The notes: a model not told the origin generated them from the letters alone. A DNA stretch of 64,000 nucleotides from a bacterium (GCA_963674965.2 CAXXFL010000002.1:256001-320000), one strand, 5' to 3'. Counted from the stretch's first letter, positions 9,476 through 18,282 are shown. Numbers and translations: made by a program.

Positions 9476-10750
9476 ATGGAAGACGTTATCGACGTCCTTG
9501 AAAAAAGGGGCTTTGTGGGACAAATGACCGATCCCGCTCTTCAGGAAATCTGCAAAACCAAGATGGTCACCTATTACGTCGGGTTCGATCCCACGGCCAA
9601 CAGTCTCCATATCGGAAACTTGAAGCAGATCATGATGATGTCCCAGCTCCAGCGGCACGGGCACCGGCCCATCGCCCTGGCCGGCGGCGGCACGGGCATG
9701 ATCGGCGACCCCTCCGGCAAGTCCAAGGAAAGGGTGCTCCTGTCAAAGGAAATCCTCCAGGAAAACCTGGTGGGAATCAAGGGCCAGCTCATGAGGTTCC
9801 TCGATTTCGATAGCGGCGAAAACTCGGCCGTTATCGTCAACAACGCGGACTGGCTGGAGAAATTCTGCCTTATCGACTTCCTTCGCGACGTGGGCAAGTA
9901 CTTCCGGGTGGGCGAGATGCTGGGCAAGGAAAGCGTGCGTCTTCGCATCAACAGCGAGGAGGGAATGAGCTTTACCGAGTTCTGTTACCAGCTTCTCCAG
10001 GCTTACGACTTCCTCCACCTTTTCGATCAGTTCGGCTGTACCCTGCAAATGGGCGGGTCCGACCAGTGGGGCAACATCACCGCCGGCATCGAGCTGATAA
10101 GGAAGCTGCGCCAGAGTAGCGCCTACGGCCTGACCTCTCCCCTGGTGGTCACCGCCTCGGGCCAGAAGTTCGGCAAGACCGAGGCGGGGGCCATCTGGCT
10201 GGACGCCGAGCGGACCTCGCCCTACGAGTTCTACCAGTACTGGGTCCGAGCCGACGACCGGGACGTCGTGTCCTGGCTCAAGACCTTCACCTACCTCTCG
10301 TTCGAGGAAATCGGCGAGCTGGCCCGGACCATGGAGGAGCGCCCCGAGGAGCGGGCGGCCCAGAAGAAGCTGGCCTTCGAGGTCACGGCCCTGGTGCACG
10401 GTAAGGACGAGGCCCAAAAGGCCATCCGCGCCAGCCGGGTGCTGTTCGGCGAGGAAATCCGGGACCTTAGCGACAAGGACCTTAGCGCCATCTTCGCCGA
10501 CGTTCCCAGCGCCGAGATATCCAAAGACAGGATATCCGGGGGCATTGGCATACTGGACCTCCTGGTCGAGTCGGGCATGGTCAAGTCCAAGTCCGAGGCC
10601 AAAAGACTGGTCAAGCAGGGAGGGGCCTACATAAACAACCTCCGTATCGAGGGCGAGGAAAAAACCGTCACCACCTCCGACCTCGCCTCCGAGACCATGC
10701 TCGTCTTAAGGAGCGGAAAGAAGAAATATCTGCTGGTCAAGGCGGGATGA
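9476..10750 (+). CDS. tyrS: Tyrosine--tRNA ligase
   Basis: YVGFDPTANSLHIGN, QMGGSDQWGNI, KFGKT, C-terminal S4 domain. Confidence 0.98.
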   Translation: MEDVIDVLEKRGFVGQMTDPALQEICKTKMVTYYVGFDPTANSLHIGNLKQIMMMSQLQRHGHRPIALAGGGTGMIGDPSGKSKERVLLSKEILQENLVGIKGQLMRFLDFDSGENSAVIVNNADWLEKFCLIDFLRDVGKYFRVGEMLGKESVRLRINSEEGMSFTEFCYQLLQAYDFLHLFDQFGCTLQMGGSDQWGNITAGIELIRKLRQSSAYGLTSPLVVTASGQKFGKTEAGAIWLDAERTSPYEFYQYWVRADDRDVVSWLKTFTYLSFEEIGELARTMEERPEERAAQKKLAFEVTALVHGKDEAQKAIRASRVLFGEEIRDLSDKDLSAIFADVPSAEISKDRISGGIGILDLLVESGMVKSKSEAKRLVKQGGAYINNLRIEGEEKTVTTSDLASETMLVLRSGKKKYLLVKAG

Positions 10751-10864
10751 GCCGCAGAGGATAAACCCAACTGGGGTGCCTGACTGAAGGAACGGGATGG
10801 ACTGTCTTCCCCCGAAAGGGGGAAAATATGAATACTGGCCTACGAAAAACTACGGAAATTGTTA

Positions 10865-10894
10865 CCGGCCCCGCAGGGGTCGGACCCCTTTTTT
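10865..10894 (+). terminator. Putative intrinsic terminator downstream of tyrS
   Basis: AGGGGT-CGG-ACCCCT followed by a T run; an alternative stem CCGGCCCC-GCA-GGGGTCGG overlaps it. Confidence 0.5.
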
Positions 10895-10923
10895 GTCCGT
10901 CCCAGCGGAGCCGTAAAAGCTGA

Positions 10924-11913
10924 TTAATTGTCATACTTCTTTTGTAACTTGTCGAGAATTTCCTCTTTGGTAAATCTTGATATATTTTCTGCGGAAAAAA
11001 TGATCTCCGTTGAGCCACTTATTACGTCCACTGGCTTTTCCCATGGTTTATGGAAGTCTTCTGAATTTTTAATAAACTTGAATAAACAAGTGGTCGGATC
11101 TTCACCATTCAATATCTTCAAGTAAGAAAGAACGTTATTTATAGACATTGAAATCAAAACAAGCCCGTTGACAAGATTTTCAGGAACCCAATTGATAGAC
11201 TTTCTGACTACACGGAAGTGAGGGTGGCTTCTCGAACAAGGGGCTCCATCAATATCCTTGACTGTTAAAAATGATGATCCGAACTCACTTCTGCCTACTA
11301 TATGCATTTTTTCAGGAGGGGCCTGAACTCCCGGTGTACTTTCCAATCCCACCGCAAATCCAAAACCTCCTGGAGATGCCCTGAAACCATGCTTGATGCT
11401 GTTATACTCACTTACCTGCATCTCATCTATAAAATCTCCACAGAATCTCGACCAAAGATCGCTAAACGACCTTGCCGTTTCTTCTTCATCTTTTGCTTTG
11501 CCCTTCAGGTAGGCATGAATCCTCTTTGATACTTCGTACCAAGAGATATATTTCATTCCTAGCATGTTAAAAATGTCTCTACTTCCACCTTCGATTTTTT
11601 CAACCAAGTTCCTCACTTGGTGAGGACGGCTTTTTAATATCCAGCCGTAGACGCAGTTAGGCGCTTGTATTGTTGAGCACAGCAGACTGAATAGAGTCTC
11701 GAGACCATGATAGTAGGCCGTTTTGAGAGCCATTGATGCAAGCAACTTGTCATCGCCCTCAATGTGTTCAATATGGGCTTGGGCGAGGTATTTAAAATAA
11801 TTGGGGTTTACCGAGTTAATGAATTCCATATTGTTTTCATGAAGGTCCAAATCCCATACACAATAAGGAGTCGAGTCGACTTTAAACATGACGCATTGAA
11901 GCTGAAGGGTCAT
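10924..11913 (-). CDS. AT-rich hypothetical protein, possibly HEPN-like
   Basis: 329-aa ORF with SD (GGAGG), visibly lower GC than its neighbours; EYNSIKHG motif. Confidence 0.7.
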   Translation of the reverse strand: MTLQLQCVMFKVDSTPYCVWDLDLHENNMEFINSVNPNYFKYLAQAHIEHIEGDDKLLASMALKTAYYHGLETLFSLLCSTIQAPNCVYGWILKSRPHQVRNLVEKIEGGSRDIFNMLGMKYISWYEVSKRIHAYLKGKAKDEEETARSFSDLWSRFCGDFIDEMQVSEYNSIKHGFRASPGGFGFAVGLESTPGVQAPPEKMHIVGRSEFGSSFLTVKDIDGAPCSRSHPHFRVVRKSINWVPENLVNGLVLISMSINNVLSYLKILNGEDPTTCLFKFIKNSEDFHKPWEKPVDVISGSTEIIFSAENISRFTKEEILDKLQKKYDN

Positions 11914-11991
11914 AAGGGCCTCCTTAACGGGTTAAATAAATTTCACGAGGTCTCTAATCATAATAAGGTATGTAAGGTTTTACTCATAACG

Positions 11992-12174
11992 GGTAACCCA
12001 TAGCTCATCTATGTGGGCGACCGAAGGGAGCAGGTCGGCGCGTATAACTTTAATACCCAACCCGCGACTTTATATTTTCCAAGCATCACCGCGGGTGATG
12101 CGGCGCCCCCATTCTTGGTACCACTCGACCTGCTCGCTATGCTCGCCCACATAGCAAAAGCTATGTGGGTTACC
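11992..12174. repeat. REPIN/MITE-like element: two inverted ~46-bp REP-like ends
   Basis: Left end GGTAACCCATAGCTCATCTATGTGGGCGACCGAAGGGAGCAGGTCG; right end reverse complement GGTAACCCACATAGCTTTTGCTATGTGGGCGAGCATAGCGAGCAGGTCG; internal hairpin GCATCACC-GCG-GGTGATGC. Confidence 0.7.
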
Positions 12175-12203
12175 GGCCGGGCCATACTTTATGTCGTTTA
12201 GGC

Positions 12204-12293
12204 TTATCTTTCCGTCTGGGTCCTCCACCAGTTTTTGTCGTGCTTGACGTAAAGCTCGAGGAAGACCTTTTGTCCCCAGAAGTTCTCCAGGAT
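12204..12293 (-). pseudogene. Remnant resembling the 3' end of GTPase Era (KH domain)
   Basis: ILENFWGQKVFLELYVKHDKNW resembles the Era C-terminal motif KVFLELxVKVxKNW. Confidence 0.55.
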
Positions 12294-12499
12294 CTGGGCA
12301 GGATCTGGGGACAGCATACTTATCTCGCTCATATTGCAGGGCAGAGAGGCGTTTATGAATATTCCATCAATATCCACTGTAAGAGAACGCAGATGATTTA
12401 CAATAATTTGGTATACTGCCACCATATCTTCAAAAAATATTTCCGATGGGGGCTTACGCCCCCATCAAATGGTAAAAGGGATAAAGAACTAAAGTGTAA
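12290..12499. repeat. ~210-bp 3' flank duplicated behind both FGE paralogues (copy 1)
   Basis: Near-identical to 14274-14485; ends in a tandem GGATCTGGG(G) junction. Confidence 0.9.
12445..12466 (-). promoter_or_regulatory. GC-stem hairpin 33 nt after stop (DGR cis-hairpin candidate or terminator)
   Basis: GATGGGGGC-GTAA-GCCCCCATC, perfect 9-bp stem. Confidence 0.65.
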
Positions 12500-13819
12500 T
12501 CAGTCCCCGGCGCAACGGAACCCCCTGGAGTTGAACTGGAGAGAAGGCACATAGCCGTTCCGGCCTGCTACGCGCAGGTGGTTCGTAGGGAAGTCCCAAC
12601 TACCGCCGCGCACAACGCGATGCGTACCTGACGGAGGACCGGGAGGATCGTTGGTCGGACTTGAGCTGTAATACGTTGATGAATACCAATCATTGACCCA
12701 TTCCCGAACGTTGCCCGCCATGTCGTAAAGCCCGTAGCCGTTGCCCCCGTAATACGCAACAGTCGAAGTATCGTTGTCCCAGGGATCGCCCGAGTCCAAG
12801 TAATTGGCGTCCGTCCCGCTGATGCTGTCGCCCCAGGGATAGCGTTTGCCGGTAAGGCCGCCTCTGGCCGCATACTCCCATTCCGCTTCGGTCGGAAGCC
12901 TCTTGCCCGCCCAAGTACAGTAGGCCGTGGCCTGGTCCCAACTGACGTAGATTACCGGGAAGTGGTTATAGTCCGGGTTGCCGTAGTAAGAGGGGCGGGT
13001 ATAGCTCGAAGAATTACCCGGCGGGGTGCATCCCCCGCAGCTCACGCAGGTTGCGTACTGCTCGTTGTTCACCTCCCAGATGTCCATGTAGAAGTCCGAG
13101 GTGATGCAGACGTTATGGACCGGGCATTCAAAGGGATATCCGCAGGAATCGCTTGAGTCTCCCATGTTGAAGCAGCCCGCGGGGATAAATGCCATTTGTG
13201 ATACAATTCCACAACTCAATTCCTGGTAGTCAGTTTTGCCATTACAATTATTGTCGATTCCGTCCCAGCATTCTTCGTTTGCTTCGGTTGCGCCTGGATT
13301 GATTGATGCATTTCCATCATGACAGTCATTGCCTCCAACAAGAGTGGATTTGTATCCATCGCCATCTTGATCTGGGTTAGAAAAGGCTATTGAATAGATG
13401 CTGTCCATATCAACACTCAGCGCATACGGCACGCTCGCAATCCTCGCCCTCGGCGTCATCTCCGCGTCCGCGTCAACCTTTACCCCCATCCAGACTTCCT
13501 TGTGCTTCTGGAACACCGCGGCCAGGCTGCTCTCCGTGCCCGGCGTGATCGTGCCCGAACCGATGAGCAGGTTATAAATCCCGCCCGTGACCACCACGTC
13601 CTCCTGTAACACCGTGAGGTACGGCGTCCCGCCCGACTCCACTCCATAGAACGCAAAGGTCAAGTCCACGGTAGTCCCGTCCGCAAGAGGCTGGCCCGCA
13701 GCGTTCGTGAGTCTCCCCTGATAGTTGATAAGCTGCGGAGCGGACTGCGCCCAGGCAATGCCCACCACCACGGCCAGTACTAAAACCCCAACCAAAGCCG
13801 TCCCGATCTTAGCCCTCAT
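12500..13819 (-). CDS. Secreted FGE-sulfatase (SUMF1/C-type lectin fold) protein, DGR target-like, paralogue 1
   Basis: Signal peptide, LINYQGRLT domain, Cys/Asp DCHD..INPGA.E..DGIDNNC motif, [29 protein letters not shown]...GFRC. Confidence 0.92.
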   Translation of the reverse strand: MRAKIGTALVGVLVLAVVVGIAWAQSAPQLINYQGRLTNAAGQPLADGTTVDLTFAFYGVESGGTPYLTVLQEDVVVTGGIYNLLIGSGTITPGTESSLAAVFQKHKEVWMGVKVDADAEMTPRARIASVPYALSVDMDSIYSIAFSNPDQDGDGYKSTLVGGNDCHDGNASINPGATEANEECWDGIDNNCNGKTDYQELSCGIVSQMAFIPAGCFNMGDSSDSCGYPFECPVHNVCITSDFYMDIWEVNNEQYATCVSCGGCTPPGNSSSYTRPSYYGNPDYNHFPVIYVSWDQATAYCTWAGKRLPTEAEWEYAARGGLTGKRYPWGDSISGTDANYLDSGDPWDNDTSTVAYYGGNGYGLYDMAGNVREWVNDWYSSTYYSSSPTNDPPGPPSGTHRVVRGGSWDFPTNHLRVAGRNGYVPSLQFNSRGFRCAGD

Positions 13820-13919
13820 TACTTAATTCTCCCTCTTCGAAATTTGTCAGCAATTCATCCATACGTTACCACGCTGTAAAATACAATACCACCCCCCCCA
13901 TCTCGATCGTCAACAGCAA

Positions 13920-14270
13920 TATCCTTGCTCTCGGCGTCATCTCCGCGTCCGCGTCAACCTTCACGCCCATCCACACGTCCTGGTGGTTCTGGAAGACAGC
14001 GGAGAGGCTTGGCTCGGTACCGGGCGTTACCGTGCCCGAACCGATGAGCAGGTTATAAATCCCGCCCGTGACCACCACGTCCTCCTGTAGCACCGTGAGG
14101 TAAGAGGTCCCGCCCGACTCCACGCCATAGAACGCAAAGGTCAAATCAACGGTAGTCCCGTCCGCAAGAGGCTGGCCCGCCGCGTTCGTAAGCCGCCCCT
14201 GGTAATTGACAAGCTGCGGAGCGGACTGCGTCCAGGCAATCCCCACCACCACGGCCAGTACTAAAACCCC
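13920..14270 (-). pseudogene. Truncated third paralogue (N-terminal domain only; native start and C-terminus missing)
   Basis: [28 protein letters not shown]...MTPRARI is nearly identical to both full genes and is fused to flanking repeat DNA. Confidence 0.85.
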
Positions 14271-14273
14271 AAG

Positions 14274-14485
14274 GGATCTGGGGACGGGATCTGGGGACAG
14301 CATACTTATCTCGCTCATATTGCAGGGCAGAGAGGCGTTTATGAATATTCCATCAATATCCACAGTAAGAGAACGCAGATGATTTTCAATAATTTGGTAT
14401 ACTGTCATTATATCTTCAAAAAATATTTCCGGTGGGGGCTTACGCCCCCATCAAAGGGTAAAAGGGAAAAAGAATCAAAGTGTAA
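14274..14485. repeat. ~210-bp 3' flank duplicated behind both FGE paralogues (copy 2, with hairpin at 14431-14452)
   Basis: Near-identical to 12290-12499; TGGGGGC-GTAA-GCCCCCA hairpin at the same spacing from the stop. Confidence 0.9.
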
Positions 14486-15787
14486 TCAGTCCCCAGCGCA
14501 ACGAAATCCAATGTCGTAGTACAGGTCCGAAGGGTCGAAGTAGTCCCGGTAGGCCACGCGCAAGCCGTCCGTACTGCCGCCCCAACCCCCGCCGCGAAAA
14601 ACGCGACACGTACCTGACGGAGGACCGGGAGGATCGTTGGTGGGACTTGAACTGTAATAAGATGATGAATACCTGTCGTTCGTCCATTCCCAGACGTTGC
14701 CCGCCATGTCGTAAAGCCCGTAGCCGTTGGCCGCGTAATACTCTACTTCAGAGGTGTCATTGTCCCAGGGATCGCCCGAATTCCAGTAATTGACGTCCGT
14801 CCCGCTGATTGTATCGCCCCAGGGATAGCGCTTGCCGGAAAGTCCTCCACGGGCCGCATACTCCCACTCAGCCTCCGTCGGCAGCCGCTTGCCCGCCCAT
14901 GCGCAATAGGCCGTGGCCTGGTTCCAGTTTACGTAGATCACCGGGAAATTGTCATAGGTCGGGTTGCCGTAATAAGAGCCCCGGGAATAACTTGAAGAAC
15001 TGTCCGGCGCGGCGCAGACAGCAGCGTCCACGCAGGCCTTGTACTCCGCGTTGGTAACCTCGTGAACGTCCATGTAGAAACTGGAGGTGATGCACACGTT
15101 GTGGACCGGAAGCTCTTCGCTGTAACCCTCGCCGAACGCGTCGCCCATGTTGAAACAACCGGCGGGGATGAGGGCCATGTTAGGCGGAGTTTTAGAGCAA
15201 TCCTCATCATAACGTCCATCACAATCATTATCCAGGCCATCACACTTATCAACGGCCCCAGGATAAATTGAGGCATTATTGTCATTGCAATCGTCATTGG
15301 GAGTGATTGAGCTTTCCGGCTTGTAATGTCCGTCGCCGTCGAGGTCGAGGTTGGCTAAGTTAACGGTTTCGGCTGTTTCCGCCTTTATTGCATATGGGGC
15401 CGAGCTAATCCTGGCCCGCGGCGTCATCTCCGCGTCCGCGTCCACCTTCACCCCCATCCACACCTCCGCGTGTTTCTGGAACACCGCGGCCAAGCTGGTC
15501 TCCGTGCCCGGAGTGATCGTGCCCGAGCCGATGAGCAGGTTATAAATCCCGCCGGTGACCACCACGTCCTCCTGGAGCACGGTGAGGTACGGCGTCCCGC
15601 CCGAGGCCGCGCCATAGAAGGCGAACGACAAATCAACCGTGCTCCCGTCCGCCAGCGGCTGGCCCGCGCCGTCAGTAAGCCGTCCTTGATAATTCACCAA
15701 CTGCGGGACCGACTGCGCCCAGGCAATGCCAACCACCACGGCCATAACCAAAACCCCAACCAACGCCATCCCGATCTTAGCCCTCAT
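14486..15787 (-). CDS. Secreted FGE-sulfatase (SUMF1/C-type lectin fold) protein, DGR target-like, paralogue 2
   Basis: Same architecture as 12500-13819; DCND..IYPGA...CDGLDNDCDG motif; RGGGW...GFRC C-terminus. Confidence 0.92.
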   Translation of the reverse strand: MRAKIGMALVGVLVMAVVVGIAWAQSVPQLVNYQGRLTDGAGQPLADGSTVDLSFAFYGAASGGTPYLTVLQEDVVVTGGIYNLLIGSGTITPGTETSLAAVFQKHAEVWMGVKVDADAEMTPRARISSAPYAIKAETAETVNLANLDLDGDGHYKPESSITPNDDCNDNNASIYPGAVDKCDGLDNDCDGRYDEDCSKTPPNMALIPAGCFNMGDAFGEGYSEELPVHNVCITSSFYMDVHEVTNAEYKACVDAAVCAAPDSSSSYSRGSYYGNPTYDNFPVIYVNWNQATAYCAWAGKRLPTEAEWEYAARGGLSGKRYPWGDTISGTDVNYWNSGDPWDNDTSEVEYYAANGYGLYDMAGNVWEWTNDRYSSSYYSSSPTNDPPGPPSGTCRVFRGGGWGGSTDGLRVAYRDYFDPSDLYYDIGFRCAGD

Positions 15788-15843
15788 GACTTAATTTCCC
15801 TTCCTCGAGATTTGTAGACAATTCATATGTTACCATGCTGTAA

Positions 15844-15872
15844 ATTACAATACTACCCCCCCCCGATGTCAA
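15844..15872 (-). promoter_or_regulatory. Sigma70-like promoter with a G9 tract in the spacer
   Basis: TTGACA-TCGGGGGGGGGTAGTAT (17 nt)-TGTAAT. Confidence 0.6.
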
Positions 15873-16016
15873 ACTCCGATTAATAAAATGTTTTTTTCAC
15901 TAGTCACTCTAAGGAGATGTTTTGGAGAACAACCTGATAAAAGCCGGGGAGCGGATTTTAACTCCGCGCATGGAACGCCAATCGCCCCCCTTCGAAAAGA
16001 GTCCCGCAAGACCCCC

Positions 16017-16655
16017 TTATCTTCTCCATCCTCCCCCGGGCCAGGCCTTGAGGTAGTCGTTTTGGCCCGTGATCTCGGAGACCGTGTAGTCCACCACCTT
16101 GTCCCAGTTGTCCTCGCGCTGTTTGAGCACGCTCTTCATTTGAGCCAGTTTCTTCTCGAGCTTCTCGATCCTCTCCTCATGCTGCTTCTGCTGGATTTTC
16201 AGTTCCTTGTCCACCAGGGGCCTAAGTTCCTTCTCTATCTTGGCCTTTTTGGCCTTGTCGTCGGTGGCCTTGTACTCCTCGGACAGCTTCTTGATTTTCA
16301 TGAGGTCCTCGTAGCGGGCGGGGTCTTCGCGCTTGATCTTCTCGAGGACCATCCGTCCGCCGCGTCCCCTGCCGCGCCCCATGCCGGCCGCCGGGCCCGT
16401 GCCCTCACCCGCGCCGGAGCCGTCGCGCAGTCTCATGCCCTGGCCCATTGCCTGTCCCATGCCTCGCCTTCCATTGCCATTTCCCGCGCCCTGGCCCATT
16501 CCCTGCCCGTAAGGAGGGCCGTCCTCATCGCCCAGTGACGGCATCCACTCGAGATCGTCGCCGGCGGATTTCTGGGCGTCGAGCTTTAACATGCCCGCGC
16601 TAAAGACAAGGCCTATGGCCAGGGCCGCGATAGTCAGTAAAACCAGTTTCTTCAT
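16017..16655 (-). CDS. Exported Gly-rich/helical protein (Spy/CpxP-like partner of the ECF system?)
   Basis: Signal peptide, G/M/R-rich linker, charged coiled coil; third gene of the sigma/anti-sigma unit; SD GGAGG. Confidence 0.7.
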   Translation of the reverse strand: MKKLVLLTIAALAIGLVFSAGMLKLDAQKSAGDDLEWMPSLGDEDGPPYGQGMGQGAGNGNGRRGMGQAMGQGMRLRDGSGAGEGTGPAAGMGRGRGRGGRMVLEKIKREDPARYEDLMKIKKLSEEYKATDDKAKKAKIEKELRPLVDKELKIQQKQHEERIEKLEKKLAQMKSVLKQREDNWDKVVDYTVSEITGQNDYLKAWPGGGWRR

Positions 16656-16711
16656 TTTATTCCTCCCTTTGATTGTTTTTCAGGGACGCGGCCGGCGGGG
16701 ACCGCGCCGGG

Positions 16712-17362
16712 TTATTCCAGGTACCAGTCTAGGGACATGTCGTCCAAGTCCGCGTCATCCTCCGCGAGGCCCATGTCGTACTCCAGATCGATCATGGCCA
16801 GCTCTATCTCATCGATGCCCGAATCGAGCGAGAACTCCTCTTCAACGTAAACTTCCTCCGTCTCGCCGCGGCCGTACTCCTCGTTTACGGCCCTCTCCAC
16901 GTCGGCCAGGGTCTTGGAAACCAGGCCAGCGTCCAGGTAGGTCGGGACGGCCGAGGCGGCGAGTCCTCTCCGGCTCTCTCCCTTATAGGACGCGGTGTAA
17001 AGTCCGATAAAAAAGATCACCACGATCGCCGCCGCCGCGGGGGACAAGCGAAGCACGGGGGACTCGCCGAAGAAATCTCTTAGCCGCTCGCCAAACGATT
17101 CCAGGCGCGAGGTCTTGCCCTTTTCCATCGTCCGCCTCGCCTCCACCTGGAGGGAGAGCGCCAAGCCTCCGTCGGGATAATACATTCCCGCCTGGCCGGC
17201 CAAAAGGTGAAGCTCTTTTACGCCCTCGATATAAGCGCGGCATTGGGGGCAGGTCTTCACGTGCTCGAGAATCTCCGCGTCTTCCCTCTCCCCATAGGCG
17301 ATAAGCAAGAGGTCGTCGTTGGAGACTTTTTCACATCCCGTTTCCATGTCCGATTCCTTCAT
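16712..17362 (-). CDS. Zinc-finger anti-sigma factor
   Basis: HVKTCPQC (HxxxCxxC), one TM helix, acidic C-terminus; start overlaps the sigma stop. Confidence 0.8.
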   Translation of the reverse strand: MKESDMETGCEKVSNDDLLLIAYGEREDAEILEHVKTCPQCRAYIEGVKELHLLAGQAGMYYPDGGLALSLQVEARRTMEKGKTSRLESFGERLRDFFGESPVLRLSPAAAAIVVIFFIGLYTASYKGESRRGLAASAVPTYLDAGLVSKTLADVERAVNEEYGRGETEEVYVEEEFSLDSGIDEIELAMIDLEYDMGLAEDDADLDDMSLDWYLE

Positions 17363-17934
17363 GCTTCCTCCCCGGCCAACGCCTCGAGGCTCACCCGCAT
17401 CTTCTTCACGGCCAGGTGCATTCTGCCCAGGACCGTGTTGAGCTTCTGGCCCGTGGCCTCGGCGATCTCCTTGAAGCTCATCCCGCCATATTCCCGCATG
17501 ACGAAAACCTCGCGCTGGTCGGGCGGAAGACCGGATATGGCCTCGTCAACCGCTCTTCTCACCTCGGCCAGGTAGGATTCCCTCTCCGGGGTCGAGTTGG
17601 AGACCGGTTCGAGGAAAGTCCCGCCCCCCTGGATGGGGCTTCGTGCGCGGCTCCGGAGATGGTCGCGGCAAAGGTTCGCGGCAATGGCGTAAATCCAGGT
17701 GGAAAATTTCCCGTCCGGATCGAAATTATCTTTATGTTTCAATACTCTCATAAAGGTTTCCTGAAAAATGTCCCGGGCTTTTTCCCTTTGGCCGACCATC
17801 CTCATCGCGACCGTGAACAAGGGTCCTTCATATCTTTTAACCAGCTTGTCAAACCCGTTTTCATCGCCATCCATGAACTTCTGGAACAACTCCTCGTCGG
17901 ACAAGCGGTCATATTTTTCCATCGACTCCGGCAT
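17359..17934 (-). CDS. ECF RNA polymerase sigma factor
   Basis: DIFQETF, FSTWIYAIAANLCRD, LPPDQREVFVMR, SFKEIAE...TVLGRM. Confidence 0.95.
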   Translation of the reverse strand: MPESMEKYDRLSDEELFQKFMDGDENGFDKLVKRYEGPLFTVAMRMVGQREKARDIFQETFMRVLKHKDNFDPDGKFSTWIYAIAANLCRDHLRSRARSPIQGGGTFLEPVSNSTPERESYLAEVRRAVDEAISGLPPDQREVFVMREYGGMSFKEIAEATGQKLNTVLGRMHLAVKKMRVSLEALAGEEA

Positions 17935-18214
17935 CAACTATCCGTTTATCACGTAATCGGCTTATTTGTAAAGTTAATACGACAAGCAATGGAAATTATT
18001 GTCCATGACCTGGATAATTTCCGAAATCTTGTATCCTTGGCCTGGGAAGGGCGGCAATTCTTCGTTTAAACCATTGTAATTAAATATCTATTTTCAATCG
18101 GCCCTTCGCCGCGCGGATTTTTCAAACTTTACCGATGAAAATGATGAGGATTGAAAGTATTATAAATGTCCAGTGACTTGGCAGTTCGTCTCGTTTCCAG
18201 ACATTTAACTTAAC

Positions 18215-18242
18215 TTGACTGGCAAAGCGAACGATTTATAAT
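18215..18242 (+). promoter_or_regulatory. Sigma70-like promoter for the FHA-kinase operon
   Basis: TTGACT-16 nt-TATAAT. Confidence 0.65.
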
Positions 18243-18282
18243 AACTCCTGTAGGAAAACTTAAAGGATTGTCTTGTCTCGAG

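Noticed and set aside
10751-10920. Structured ncRNA (6S or tmRNA-like) downstream of tyrS
   Set aside because: Hairpins are present (TTCCCC-CGAAA-GGGGGAA and a terminator-like stem), but I recognise no family motif. An Rfam/Infernal scan would be needed.
12204-14408. ORFs 12204-12425 and 13866-14408 as genuine proteins
   Set aside because: They are chimeric read-throughs of the duplicated non-coding flank into gene fragments, so I annotated them as remnants.
10900-16000. Complete DGR cassette (RT, avd, TR) in the window
   Set aside because: No ORF with RT motifs (YxDD, QG) and no AAC-rich copy of the variable region was found by eye. Only target-like genes are supported.
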